Origin: Clostridium sp. CAG:568
GTDB taxonomy: Bacteria; Bacillota_I; Bacilli_A; RFN20; CAG-288
NCBI GenBank assembly: GCA_000434395.1
Contig: FR878777.1
Span: 29,085 to 93,084, forward strand
Direction of reading: 5' to 3'
Length of the DNA: 64,000 nt
The translations under genes and the position numbers were made by a program. The stretch's first letter is position 1; the number at the start of each line of letters is the position of its first letter. A model generated the notes under the pieces. The model searched no databases and was not told where the DNA came from. It was given only the letters and a program-made list of their open reading frames with translations. Shown here one piece after another: positions 20,248 through 29,578 of this stretch.

Positions 20248-20832
20248 TTACTTAGTTCCGGTCTCAGCACGGGAATCATAGGCACCAGTATCGGTACGGA
20301 TGATAACTTTCTCACCATTCTTTACGAAGAGAGGAACCTTGATTTGATATCCAGTCTCTAAGGTAGCGGGCTTCATGGCACGGTTGACGGTATCACCGGC
20401 AACAGCATTGTCATCAGTTTCAACAATTCTCAAAACAACCTTGGCAGGCAAAGCTATTCCAAGAATCTCACCACGGAAGTAAGTGATGGTAACATCTGCT
20501 TCAGGGGCGAGGAAGTTCAATTCATGTGAAATTCTTTCATGAGGAATTTGAACTTGGTCATAAGTATCCTTATCCATGAAATATCCAAAGTTTTCATCGG
20601 AATAAAGGAATTGCATAGTCTTCTTTTCAAGATAAGCCAATTCAACACGGTCTCCACCGAAGAACATAACTTCTTCGATAGCTCCAGATCTGAGGTTTTG
20701 GACTTTCATCTTGACTTTCATCTTGGCCATAGCGGTCTTGTTTCTGTTGATATCGAGAACGCTATAGAGTTGATTCTCATGAATATAGACTTTTCCAGGT
20801 CCAAGTTCAGTAACGTTTACCAATTCTGCCAT
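20248..20832 (-). CDS. efp: Elongation factor P with an atypical beta3-beta4 loop
   Basis: Downstream of residue about 45 it aligns strongly with B. subtilis EF-P (QNLRSGAIEEV...KPATLETGYQIKVPLFV). The KPGKG loop is replaced by NKTAMAK. Confidence 0.8.
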   Translation of the reverse strand: MAELVNVTELGPGKVYIHENQLYSVLDINRNKTAMAKMKVKMKVQNLRSGAIEEVMFFGGDRVELAYLEKKTMQFLYSDENFGYFMDKDTYDQVQIPHERISHELNFLAPEADVTITYFRGEILGIALPAKVVLRIVETDDNAVAGDTVNRAMKPATLETGYQIKVPLFVKNGEKVIIRTDTGAYDSRAETGTK

Positions 20833-20845
20833 TTTCTAATCCTCT

Positions 20846-21004
20846 TTACTTCTTCTCTACATGCTCTGTCTTAGCATTGCACTTGCGACAAAATTTGTTC
20901 TTCTTTATACGCTCAGGTGTGCTCTTCTTGTTCTTTGTGGAGATGTAGTTCTCGTTCTTGCATTTGCTGCAAACCAATGTGATTTCTGTTCTTGCTTCTG
21001 CCAT
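20846..21004 (-). CDS. rpmG: 50S ribosomal protein L33 (zinc-ribbon form)
   Basis: It was not in the ORF track because it is 52 aa. Manual translation gives MAEARTEITLVCSKCKNENYISTKNKKSTPERIKKNKFCRKCNAKTEHVEKK*. The SD GGAGGAT lies 9 nt upstream. Confidence 0.85.
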   Translation of the reverse strand: MAEARTEITLVCSKCKNENYISTKNKKSTPERIKKNKFCRKCNAKTEHVEKK

Positions 21005-21035
21005 TTTAAAAATATCCTCCAAATAAGGCTATATT

Positions 21036-21063
21036 ATTTTACTATCTATTTTTTCTTAATCAA
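21036..21063 (-). promoter_or_regulatory. Sigma-A-type promoter for rpmG-efp (TTGATT-16-TAAAAT)
   Basis: On the minus strand the sequence TTGATTaagaaaaaatagatagTAAAAT lies about 30 nt upstream of the rpmG SD. Confidence 0.4.
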
Positions 21064-21099
21064 GTAATGTAAAGCTTATTTTGTCATAGTTTTAGAAAT

Positions 21100-21400
21100 T
21101 TTTTCATAAAAAAAGCCCCCATAAGGGAGCTGGTCCACACAATCCAAACAGCTTTTCATCTCTTCTCTCTTACAATCACAATGGACACATTTATTCAGTC
21201 TAGTGCTTTAGCACTTTGAGAGTCTACCGAATACCTTTTGTGAAGTTGAGACTACTTCGCCTTGATTTTTTTCTTTTAGTTTAATGACCACCTTAGGGAA
21301 CTTTTTGAATCACATCGATCCTATGATGATTTTGTAAATCATAGAACCTAGAGTTTCGTATCTTATTCTTCAAGAAGGGTTCCAGGCTTCCCCCTCTTCG
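21100..21400 (-). ncRNA. Candidate structured ncRNA or long UTR of unknown class
   Basis: This is a stretch of about 300 nt with no ORF of 60 aa or more in any frame. It is GC-enriched relative to its flanks. It ends on the minus strand with an intrinsic terminator (GCUCCCUUAUGGGGGC followed by UUUUUUU at 21101-21128) just upstream of the rpmG promoter. Confidence 0.3.
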
Positions 21401-21533
21401 ATTATTATTTAATCAAAAAGAAATCATTTATGCAACCGCTTTCTTCATTTAATAGCAAAATAATTTATAAATTTTGGAAGCGGTTGCAAGAAAACTTAAT
21501 ATATTGAGTTTTTTCTACTTTTTAATCTTTAAT

Positions 21534-22658
21534 TTAATAAATAATATTTAAAAGATTATTTATGGTAAACTTCAAATCTTCCTTAGATCTGGATTTCATT
21601 ATTTTCTTCTCGAGCAACACCCTATTTATAGTAAAAGCAGCGGTCAAACCTTTTTCATATAAAGGTTCTATCCCATCTTTTATCTCACCACAGACAGCAA
21701 TAACCTTTACGCCTTTCTTTTTGCAACGCTTAATAACTTCCATAACACCTTTTCCTTGTAAAGTCTGGCTATCAATTCTCCCTTCACCAGTAAATACATA
21801 ATCGGTTTTTTCAATCATTTCATCGAAATTAAAAGAATCCAATAGAGCTTTAGCACCTTTAATCAACTTTCCAGAAAAGAATTGCATTATTCCATACCCT
21901 AAACCACCAGCAGCACCTGCACCATTCTTTCTGGACAAATCAAAGCCATATTCTTTTTTACAAACTGAAGTTAAATTCTTCATTCCATTTTCCAATATTT
22001 TTAATTCAGTCTCATTTGCTCCTTTTTGTGGTCCATACACATATGTAGCTCCGTTCTTTCCTAAAAGCTTTGCTTCGACATCGCACATCCCTATTATTTC
22101 AATGTTTTTTAATCTGCTATCGATATTTGATGTATCGATATATACGATATCATTTAAATGGGAAGATCCAGACTTTATTTCCATTTTGTTCTTATCCAAG
22201 AATGAAACACCTAAAGCTTTAGCCATTCCGACACCACCATCATTTGTCGCTGTTCCACCTAATCCAATTATTATCTTTTTAATCCCATCTTCTTTTTTCA
22301 AAATATTTCTAATCATCAAACCCAATCCATATGAACTTGAATGTAAAATATCTAGGTTGGGTTTTATCATGGCAAGACCTATTATCTTAGCAGATTCGAT
22401 TACCAATTCGCCATCTTTAGAAATTCCATAGTCAGCAGTAATTTTCACTCCTAAAGCATTTACGGTTTCAATAGATTTCTTTTGATACTTTTTATTTTGT
22501 AATATGCAATCCAAGGTACCATCACCGCCATCTGCTATTGGTGCACTTAAAACAATGGCGTTCTTATCTTTGTCTTCTATGCATTTCTTTATTATTTTGC
22601 AAGCTTCTATACTTTTTAAACTGCCTTTAAATGCATTCATGGCTAATACAAATTTCAT
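21534..22658 (-). CDS. glxK: Glycerate kinase
   Basis: It is 374 aa with the GlxK family fold (APIADGGDGTLDCI...GGVGMAKALG). Confidence 0.8.
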   Translation of the reverse strand: MKFVLAMNAFKGSLKSIEACKIIKKCIEDKDKNAIVLSAPIADGGDGTLDCILQNKKYQKKSIETVNALGVKITADYGISKDGELVIESAKIIGLAMIKPNLDILHSSSYGLGLMIRNILKKEDGIKKIIIGLGGTATNDGGVGMAKALGVSFLDKNKMEIKSGSSHLNDIVYIDTSNIDSRLKNIEIIGMCDVEAKLLGKNGATYVYGPQKGANETELKILENGMKNLTSVCKKEYGFDLSRKNGAGAAGGLGYGIMQFFSGKLIKGAKALLDSFNFDEMIEKTDYVFTGEGRIDSQTLQGKGVMEVIKRCKKKGVKVIAVCGEIKDGIEPLYEKGLTAAFTINRVLLEKKIMKSRSKEDLKFTINNLLNIIY

Positions 22659-22743
22659 ATAGGTATACCTTTCCTAACTAATTCGTGATACTTTTTGTTA
22701 AAACTTCATACTAATAATATAATAGAAAAATATGGAGGCGATT

Positions 22744-23847
22744 ATGGATTTAAGAAACAAAACTATCTCATTCAACATTGGAAATAAAAAAATAGGTGGA
22801 GAGAATCCCATTTTAATTCAATCCATGTCTGATATAAGAACTTCAAATATAGAAGCCAATATAAAATTGACCAATAGTCTCACACTTTATGGACTCGATA
22901 TGATGAGATATTCAGTCCTTGATTTAGCTGATGCTAAGGCATTAAAAATAATCAAGCAAAATACTAAAGTTCCTGTCATAGCTGATATTCATTTCAATGC
23001 AGCATTAGCCATGGAATGTATCAATAGTGGCGTGGATAAAATCCGTCTAAACCCCGGTAATATGCCTATAGAGAAAGTCAAATCTATCAGAGATGCGATG
23101 AAGGCAAAAGGAATCGCACTAAGGATTGGAGTCAACTCCGGCTCATTAGGCAAATATGGTAGAGCAACACTTTCCAATATCGATCCTTTTTTCTTTGCTC
23201 TAGATGATATGTTGGAGGTATTCAAAGAAGGGTCTTTTGAAAACATAGTTCTATCCTTAAAAGCGACAGATCCTAGACTGACAGTCAAATTATATGAAAG
23301 GGCCAGTCAACTTTATCCTTACCCACTGCATGTAGGACAAACTGAATCTGGTTATGGTGTAGAAGGAGCTATTAGATCTTCAATAGCGATGGTACCTCTT
23401 CTTTCTGAAGGCATAGGAAATACGATTAGAATAAGTCTTTCAGATAATCGTATAGAAGAAATCAAGGCATGTAGAACTTTATTATCCGGCCTAGGATTAA
23501 GAAACGATATTCCAACATTGATTACCTGTCCGACATGTGGAAGAACTCAATGTGATGTCTCAAACGAAGCCAGAATAATCGATGACTATCTTTTAAAGAA
23601 TGTTCATGATGACATTCATGTAGCAGTTATGGGTTGCCCTGTAAATGGGCCGGGTGAGGCCAAGAATGCTGATATAGGATTGGCGGGAGGAATCAATTCT
23701 TATCTGGTCTTCATCAAAGGTAAACCAGTCAAAACGTTAAGTGGACCAGATTCAGTAACAGAATTTCTCAAAATGGTCGATCAAGTAGTAGATGAAAGAG
23801 AAAAAATGCGGAAAGAAGGCAAAGATCCAAACGAATGGAGAAACTAA
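22744..23847 (+). CDS. ispG: 4-hydroxy-3-methylbut-2-enyl-diphosphate synthase (IspG/GcpE)
   Basis: It has the KIGGENPILIQSMSDI motif and the C-terminal 4Fe-4S Cys motif TCPTCGRTQCD...MGCPVNGPGE. GGAGG lies 5 nt before the ATG at 22744, so that start is preferred over 22732. Confidence 0.85.
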   Translation: MDLRNKTISFNIGNKKIGGENPILIQSMSDIRTSNIEANIKLTNSLTLYGLDMMRYSVLDLADAKALKIIKQNTKVPVIADIHFNAALAMECINSGVDKIRLNPGNMPIEKVKSIRDAMKAKGIALRIGVNSGSLGKYGRATLSNIDPFFFALDDMLEVFKEGSFENIVLSLKATDPRLTVKLYERASQLYPYPLHVGQTESGYGVEGAIRSSIAMVPLLSEGIGNTIRISLSDNRIEEIKACRTLLSGLGLRNDIPTLITCPTCGRTQCDVSNEARIIDDYLLKNVHDDIHVAVMGCPVNGPGEAKNADIGLAGGINSYLVFIKGKPVKTLSGPDSVTEFLKMVDQVVDEREKMRKEGKDPNEWRN

Positions 23848-23880
23848 AAAAGCACAGTGCCTGGAACTGTGCTTTTTTAA
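23848..23880. terminator. Bidirectional intrinsic terminator after ispG
   Basis: A hairpin AGCACAGUGCCUGGAACUGUGCU is flanked by an A-run upstream and a U-run downstream, and reads as a terminator on both strands. Confidence 0.6.
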
Positions 23881-24240
23881 ACCTAACGGCGGAATGTATC
23901 ATCTCTTCCACTTCTAGCAAAGCTGTCATGGAGGGATTCAACTATCCGGATGCTTTAATCACCCTGCCTGGTTAGAATGGATTGTCGAGCCATCCGGAAC
24001 GTCCTTCCAAGTATAGTTTCTTAGCTTTACTTGGCCCGTTTACCGAAAACGTCTCCACCTCTACTTTAACCTACCGTCTCAGCTGATCAATGGATGGATC
24101 CCTTTCAATATCTATTGTCGGAGAATCTTGAAAGAAACTATCATCCTCATCTCGACCTATGAAGAGGAACCTTTTCGTCCCCTTTCCTCTTCTAGCACCA
24201 TTATTAAATCATATTTAGTAAGCCCTTTCAAGTCTTTTTT
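23881..24240 (-). ncRNA. Candidate structured ncRNA (about 360 nt, class unresolved) or a structured 3' region of nfo
   Basis: It has no ORF, a higher GC than its surroundings, and several perfect stems (a 9-bp stem GAAGAGGAA/UUCCUCUUC at 24161-24192 and a long-range CCGGAUG/CAUCCGG pairing at 23943-23998). It is bounded by the bidirectional terminator at 23848-23880. Confidence 0.3.
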
Positions 24241-24250
24241 GAAAAAATTT

Positions 24251-25147
24251 TTAATTTCCTAAAAACCTAATTTCCTCAATTTCTTTTTTATGTTCATCCC
24301 CACTCCTAGTTTCTGGAGTTTCTAAAATTTTTGGAACATCTTCAAAATGCTCATTCAAGGCAAATCTCAGTAGATTTGCTTCACCAATCATTCCTTTTCC
24401 AATATTAGCGTGTCTATCCTTTTTTGACCCTCTAGGATTTAATGAATCATTTAAATGAATGAGAAAGACTTTGTTAAACCCTATAGTCTTTTCTATTCTA
24501 TATAAAAGCCCTTGAGTATCTGTGAAATCTTCTCCACTGTCCCATAAATGACAACTATCGATAGTGATTCCAAAATTATCCAATCTGATATATTCAACAA
24601 ACATTTTTGCTTCATTCAATCCTACATTCAATTGACTCCCGCCACCTGCCATATTTTCTAAAGAACATTTGATTTTAGGATGTTTAGCAAATATAGGTTT
24701 CAATCTATCAGCCAATACTTTTGTATACTCCATCCTATCTTTATCTTTGCTAGAGCCGGGATGAAGGCACATCAAAGTCAAACCAGCTTCTTCCATCCTA
24801 TCAAGTTCATCCTCAATGAAATTTAATGAGAATTGGGCTTTTTCTTCATCGGGAGATGCTGGATTGATGATATAAGGAAAATGAACAGCTACATTCTTTA
24901 TATCCAATCCATTCCTTTTCCATAATTCTTTTCCTTCAGCGAACTTCATATTCTTTATAGGAAATCTAACTGTATTATTAGGGGCACCTAAAAAAATCAT
25001 AAAAGAAGAAGCCTTAATTCTTAAAGCCTCTTTTACGCTACCTAAAAAATAATCTGACTTTTTAAAAGAAATATGGGATCCAATCAGTAATTCCTTGTCT
25101 TTTTCTTTGTATGGAACTAACGATTGAGCCAAATATTTAGACTCCAT
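24251..25147 (-). CDS. nfo: Endonuclease IV (apurinic/apyrimidinic endonuclease)
   Basis: It is 298 aa with the xylose-isomerase-like TIM barrel and the metal ligands HxxY, HPGS and HLND. Confidence 0.85.
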   Translation of the reverse strand: MESKYLAQSLVPYKEKDKELLIGSHISFKKSDYFLGSVKEALRIKASSFMIFLGAPNNTVRFPIKNMKFAEGKELWKRNGLDIKNVAVHFPYIINPASPDEEKAQFSLNFIEDELDRMEEAGLTLMCLHPGSSKDKDRMEYTKVLADRLKPIFAKHPKIKCSLENMAGGGSQLNVGLNEAKMFVEYIRLDNFGITIDSCHLWDSGEDFTDTQGLLYRIEKTIGFNKVFLIHLNDSLNPRGSKKDRHANIGKGMIGEANLLRFALNEHFEDVPKILETPETRSGDEHKKEIEEIRFLGN

Positions 25148-26477
25148 GAGTCAGATCCTTCTTGGCGAGATTCGTTCTAATTATCTTCTTTTTATGCTTG
25201 TTTTTAGCGATAGCAATTGCTGTCTTTATCTTCTTTTTGTATCCAGGTTTAACTTTTCCCTTGGGATATTTATACTTAGCCTTATTTATAGCCTTTGTTA
25301 TGTATTCTTCTTGGTGGTTACCTTTTTCAAACTTGGATCTAGGTTTGGAATTGACTTCACTCACACCATCCTTTTTGACGGCCATGAAAGTAAAACCAGC
25401 ACCTCTTCTTTGAAGATTTCTAACTTTGGTCTGGTCCTCAGGCGAATAAAGGACATAAGAGGTACCGGGTCTATCAAATCTACCGGTTCTTCCAGCCCTA
25501 TGGAAATAATAATCGTTCATCTTAGGAAGATCGTATGAAATTACGAAATTCACAGCAGGCAAATCCAATCCACGAGAAGCATAGTCCGAAGCCAATAGTA
25601 TTTTCTTTTCACCTCTTTGGAAAGCTTTGACATTCTTTTCAATATCTTTTTTATCCAAGGAACCAGTCAGGAAAATATAATCGATTCCTGCTGTTTTTAA
25701 AGCTTTGCTAGCTTCAAAGACTGCTTCTTTGGAAGAAGCAAAGATTATTCCTTGACCATCTTTGCAATAATCGGATTCCAATAACTTTACCAGTGATTGA
25801 GCATTATCGAAACCTCTTCTATCGACTAAGATGTGCTTAATATTGTTGCCATTGACTTTTCCAAAAGACAAATCAGTGACTTTGTCGGCTTTGCACATCT
25901 TTTTCACACCGGTCAAGTATTGTTCGGCCAATGAGGCGGAGAAAAAGCTCTTTTGAGCATTAGGAAATGAATTACATGCATCAGTCAATTCTTCCATAAA
26001 CCCATCGAATAACATCATGTCACCTTCATCGAAGATTATTCTCGAAAGATTCTTCAAATCGAGTCCTTTGCGTAATTCCTTAAATAATGTCGGTGTCACC
26101 AAGGCGATAGAAGGACTTTTTTGGCAAGTATGTATCTGACTAGGGGAAGTGAAGAAAACAGCACGTTTTCTCAATTTCAATCCCTCTAGGAATTGTCTTA
26201 GCACAGTCTGGACTTGGTAGCCTAAAACAGCAGTTGGAACCACAACTACAGCGATTGTTCCATCCTTTTCCTCGGTGATTAAATCGTTCACTATAGGTAG
26301 AACATACGAAAAAGTCTTTCCGGTTCCTGTAGGACTAACGACAACTACACCTTTCTTTTCCAATAAGAATGGAATTGCGTTAGCTTCGACAGGTGACAAT
26401 GGTTTTAAATCCATTGCTTGGAGGTATTCTTTCAATCTTCCATCCAAATTCAATTCATCAAATGTTTTAGGTTCCAT
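25137..26477 (-). CDS. cshB: DEAD-box ATP-dependent RNA helicase (CshB-like)
   Basis: It has Q-motif/Walker A (SPTGTGKT), a DEAD-like motif (FDEGD), the HRAGRTGR motif and a basic C-terminal tail. Its position next to nfo matches the Bacillus nfo-cshB pair. Confidence 0.75.
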   Translation of the reverse strand: MEPKTFDELNLDGRLKEYLQAMDLKPLSPVEANAIPFLLEKKGVVVVSPTGTGKTFSYVLPIVNDLITEEKDGTIAVVVVPTAVLGYQVQTVLRQFLEGLKLRKRAVFFTSPSQIHTCQKSPSIALVTPTLFKELRKGLDLKNLSRIIFDEGDMMLFDGFMEELTDACNSFPNAQKSFFSASLAEQYLTGVKKMCKADKVTDLSFGKVNGNNIKHILVDRRGFDNAQSLVKLLESDYCKDGQGIIFASSKEAVFEASKALKTAGIDYIFLTGSLDKKDIEKNVKAFQRGEKKILLASDYASRGLDLPAVNFVISYDLPKMNDYYFHRAGRTGRFDRPGTSYVLYSPEDQTKVRNLQRRGAGFTFMAVKKDGVSEVNSKPRSKFEKGNHQEEYITKAINKAKYKYPKGKVKPGYKKKIKTAIAIAKNKHKKKIIRTNLAKKDLTHGV

Positions 26478-26500
26478 AATGATCTCCTTATCTATTCATG

Positions 26501-26524
26501 AAAAGGGCGGGTATAGCCCGTCCT
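26501..26524 (-). terminator. GC-rich hairpin with a U4 tract between aspS and the cshB-like gene, a weak terminator or attenuator
   Basis: On the minus strand GGGC-UAUACCC-GCCC is followed by UUUU, and the SD AAGGAGA of the cshB-like gene comes directly after. Confidence 0.35.
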
Positions 26525-26529
26525 TGAAA

Positions 26530-28287
26530 CTACTTCTTCAAGTTTTCTTTACGCTCTAGCTCAGCTTTAACATCGGGTTTGACTTCTAAGCCTAATATAT
26601 CGATGTTTTCATCATCAACTCTTGAAGGACATGAGCTCATAGGCTCTGCACCCATCAAGTTCTTAGGGAATGCGACAACATCTCTAATATTGTCTGTTTC
26701 AAACAAAGTCATGCAAAGACGCTCTACTCCGATTCCAAATCCACCTTCTGGAGGGAATCCATAATCGAATGCATCGACAAAGAATCCAAATCTCTTAGAA
26801 ATATCTTCATCAGTCAATCCGAGCAATTCGAATACTTTCCATTGTAATTCTTTATCATAAATTCTTAGAGCGCCAGAGGATAATTCCTCACCGTTCATTA
26901 CTGTATCGTATGAAGTGGAGTGCATCTTTTCAGGGGCAGAATCTATCAAAGGAATATCTTCCTTGTTTGGAAGCGTGAAAGGATTGGCCATTGATTCATA
27001 CCCTTTTTCAGTCTTGGCAAACAAAGGCCAATCGATGACAAACAAAGGCTTGAAATCACCTTTCTTAATCAATCCGAGATCACGTGCATATCTACATCTC
27101 AAAGCACCTAAGGCAAATGCGGCTTTTTCTAAGGAGCTATCTGCTGCTATGATAATAGTATCGTTTTCTTCAGCACCCATAACTTCTTTCAATTTGTTTA
27201 ATGTATCTTCGGAGAAGAATTTGAAGGCGGAACAATTCCATTGGCCATTTTCAAATTTGGCATGCATCAAATGAGGAACACCGAACTTGTTGGTCAATTC
27301 TTCATCAGCTGCCATTTTCTTTCTCGAAATATCCTTAGCTGTGTTTTTGACGTTGATAGCTTTGACAACCTTTCCTTCAAATCCTTTGAAATTGTCATGG
27401 CTCATGAAGGATACATCCTTCAATTCCATTCCAAATCTCATATCAGGTTTATCAGTACCAAAACGATTGACACAATCAGCATATGACAATCTTTCAAACT
27501 TAGGAAGTTTAATACCTCTTATTTCCATCCAAACAGTATCCAAGAGTTCCTCGATAAGGTTGAGCATATCTTCCTTGTCGACAAAAGATTGTTCGACATC
27601 GATTTGATCGAATTCAGGTTGACGATCAGCTCTTTGATCCTCATCTCTATAGCAACGAGCTATCTGGAAATATTTATCCATTCCAGCAACCATCAAGATT
27701 TGCTTATAAAGCTGGGGAGACTGAGGAAGAGCGTAGAAGTTTCCAGGGTAAGTTCTAGAAGGAACCAAATAATCACGAGCTCCTTCAGGAGTTGATTTAA
27801 TCAAAGTAGGTGTTTCGATTTCAAAGAAACCTTTCTTGTCAAAGAAATCACGTACAACTTTCAAAGACTTGTAACGTAATTTCAAATAGTTTTGAAGGAC
27901 AGGTCTTCTCAAATCCAAGTAACGCCATTTCAATCTGGTGTCTTCCAAAGCATCAGTTTTATCAGCGATAATGAAAGGAGTCTGCTTAGATTTAGATAAA
28001 ATGACGTAAGATGTTGCCTTAACTTCAATATCTCCGGTAGGAATGTCTTTGTTCTTAGAGGATCTTTCCTGAACAATTCCTTTGACTTGAATACAATATT
28101 CGTTGTGAAGCTTGTTCTCTTCAAAGTAAGTAGGGTCGATATTGATTTGAGTTATACCATATGTATCTCTCAAATCAACAAAGCATAAAGCTCCGAGATT
28201 TCTTATTTTGCTAACCCAACCACAAAGTTCGACTTCTTTTCCTACATTTTCAATTCTTAATTCACCACAAGTTGTATCTCTTAACAT
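26530..28287 (-). CDS. aspS: Aspartyl-tRNA synthetase
   Basis: It is 585 aa with an OB-fold anticodon-binding domain, class II motifs (FRDEDQRADRQPEFDQIDVE) and a GAD insertion. Confidence 0.9.
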   Translation of the reverse strand: MLRDTTCGELRIENVGKEVELCGWVSKIRNLGALCFVDLRDTYGITQINIDPTYFEENKLHNEYCIQVKGIVQERSSKNKDIPTGDIEVKATSYVILSKSKQTPFIIADKTDALEDTRLKWRYLDLRRPVLQNYLKLRYKSLKVVRDFFDKKGFFEIETPTLIKSTPEGARDYLVPSRTYPGNFYALPQSPQLYKQILMVAGMDKYFQIARCYRDEDQRADRQPEFDQIDVEQSFVDKEDMLNLIEELLDTVWMEIRGIKLPKFERLSYADCVNRFGTDKPDMRFGMELKDVSFMSHDNFKGFEGKVVKAINVKNTAKDISRKKMAADEELTNKFGVPHLMHAKFENGQWNCSAFKFFSEDTLNKLKEVMGAEENDTIIIAADSSLEKAAFALGALRCRYARDLGLIKKGDFKPLFVIDWPLFAKTEKGYESMANPFTLPNKEDIPLIDSAPEKMHSTSYDTVMNGEELSSGALRIYDKELQWKVFELLGLTDEDISKRFGFFVDAFDYGFPPEGGFGIGVERLCMTLFETDNIRDVVAFPKNLMGAEPMSSCPSRVDDENIDILGLEVKPDVKAELERKENLKK

Positions 28288-28303
28288 TTTTAATGCCCTC
28301 TTT

Positions 28304-29551
28304 TTACTTAAGCAATTCTTCTTCCTCTACTTTAGTCTGCTCACGTTTTTCCATATCTTTTACTTCCAAAGTCAAATCAGAATTGACTAACAATACCTTG
28401 CTTGCCTTTAATCTATCGGCCATCTTGAATGCACCACCGATAGATTTAGTCAAAGATGGAATAACAGCAGAATGACCTTTCTCACGTAACTTTTCAGCAA
28501 TGATTGAAGCTTTCTCCTGACATTCTTTTTCTTTGCCCATAGGCAAGACGAAGTATTCGGGGAATACCTGTTTTCCTGCAAATGAATCTATCGATGCAGA
28601 TAACAATCTATCAATTCCATAGGAGAAACCAATTCCTTCCAAAGCAGGTCCTCCCAATTGTTCTACAAGACCGGAATATTTTCCACCGCCTCCCAATGCA
28701 CCTAACTCTGGGTGAGAGGCATCCTCGATTTCAAAGACTGTGCCGGTGTAATAATCCAATCCTCTAACCATTCTATCTGAAACTTGATAAGGGATATTCA
28801 ATTCCTTGAGTATATTTAGAATCGAAGCAAACTCTTGTTTATCTTCTTCACTCAGGTAGTCTTCAATCTTAGGTGCATCCTTAACCAATTCCTGATCAGC
28901 TTCGACTTTGCAATCAAGAATTCTCAAAGGATTCAATTTGAATCTATCCTTACAATCCTCACACATGTTTTCGACATACTGGCCAAAATAATCTGTCAAG
29001 GCTTTCCTATAATTGGTTCTGGCTTGGTCTCCACCTAGATAGTTCAATGTAACCATCAAGTCTCTACCAAGTATCTTTTTGGCACCTCTATAGGCAAGGA
29101 GAATAACTTCAGCTTGAGCGTTAAAATCAAGGGTTTTATCAAAGAATTCAACACCAAATTGTCTAAATTCTCTTAGTCTACCAGTTCCAGGTCTTTCGTA
29201 TCTGAAGACACTACCATAATAGTAATATCTAATAGGAGTATCAGGAACTGCGTAAATCTTGTTTTCAATCAAAGCACGAACAACTCCAGCTGTAAATTCA
29301 GGCCTTAAGGTGTAGTCCTTAGCAGAACCTTTATTGGCCAAATCGAAAGTCTGCTTTCTAACGATATCAGAAGAACTACCCACACCTCTTACGAACAATG
29401 AAGTTTCCTCGAATGTAGGGGTGATTATAGCTTTAGCTCCATATTCTTCTGCCATTTGACTCAAGGTAGAAACCATATCTAGATAACGAGAAGCACTATC
29501 ACCCATAAAGTCGACAGTTCCACGGGGTTTTGTATATATTTGATTTCCCAT
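28304..29551 (-). CDS. hisS: Histidyl-tRNA synthetase
   Basis: It is 415 aa with class II motifs (RYERPGTGRLREFRQFGVE) and HisRS-specific motifs. Confidence 0.9.
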   Translation of the reverse strand: MGNQIYTKPRGTVDFMGDSASRYLDMVSTLSQMAEEYGAKAIITPTFEETSLFVRGVGSSSDIVRKQTFDLANKGSAKDYTLRPEFTAGVVRALIENKIYAVPDTPIRYYYYGSVFRYERPGTGRLREFRQFGVEFFDKTLDFNAQAEVILLAYRGAKKILGRDLMVTLNYLGGDQARTNYRKALTDYFGQYVENMCEDCKDRFKLNPLRILDCKVEADQELVKDAPKIEDYLSEEDKQEFASILNILKELNIPYQVSDRMVRGLDYYTGTVFEIEDASHPELGALGGGGKYSGLVEQLGGPALEGIGFSYGIDRLLSASIDSFAGKQVFPEYFVLPMGKEKECQEKASIIAEKLREKGHSAVIPSLTKSIGGAFKMADRLKASKVLLVNSDLTLEVKDMEKREQTKVEEEELLK

Positions 29552-29578
29552 ATTTCCTCCTAATAAATTTTGCGGATA

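Noticed and set aside
23881-24240. Attempted assignment of the two ORF-free islands (21100-21400 and 23881-24240) to RNase P RNA, tmRNA or SRP RNA
   Set aside because: Neither strand carries the universal RNase P CR-I (GGAAAGUCC) or P4 elements. Neither has a tmRNA acceptor end (GGGG...UCCACCA), a tag ORF ending ALAA-UAA, or the SRP domain IV GGAAGCAGC motif. They are left as unclassified structured RNA candidates.
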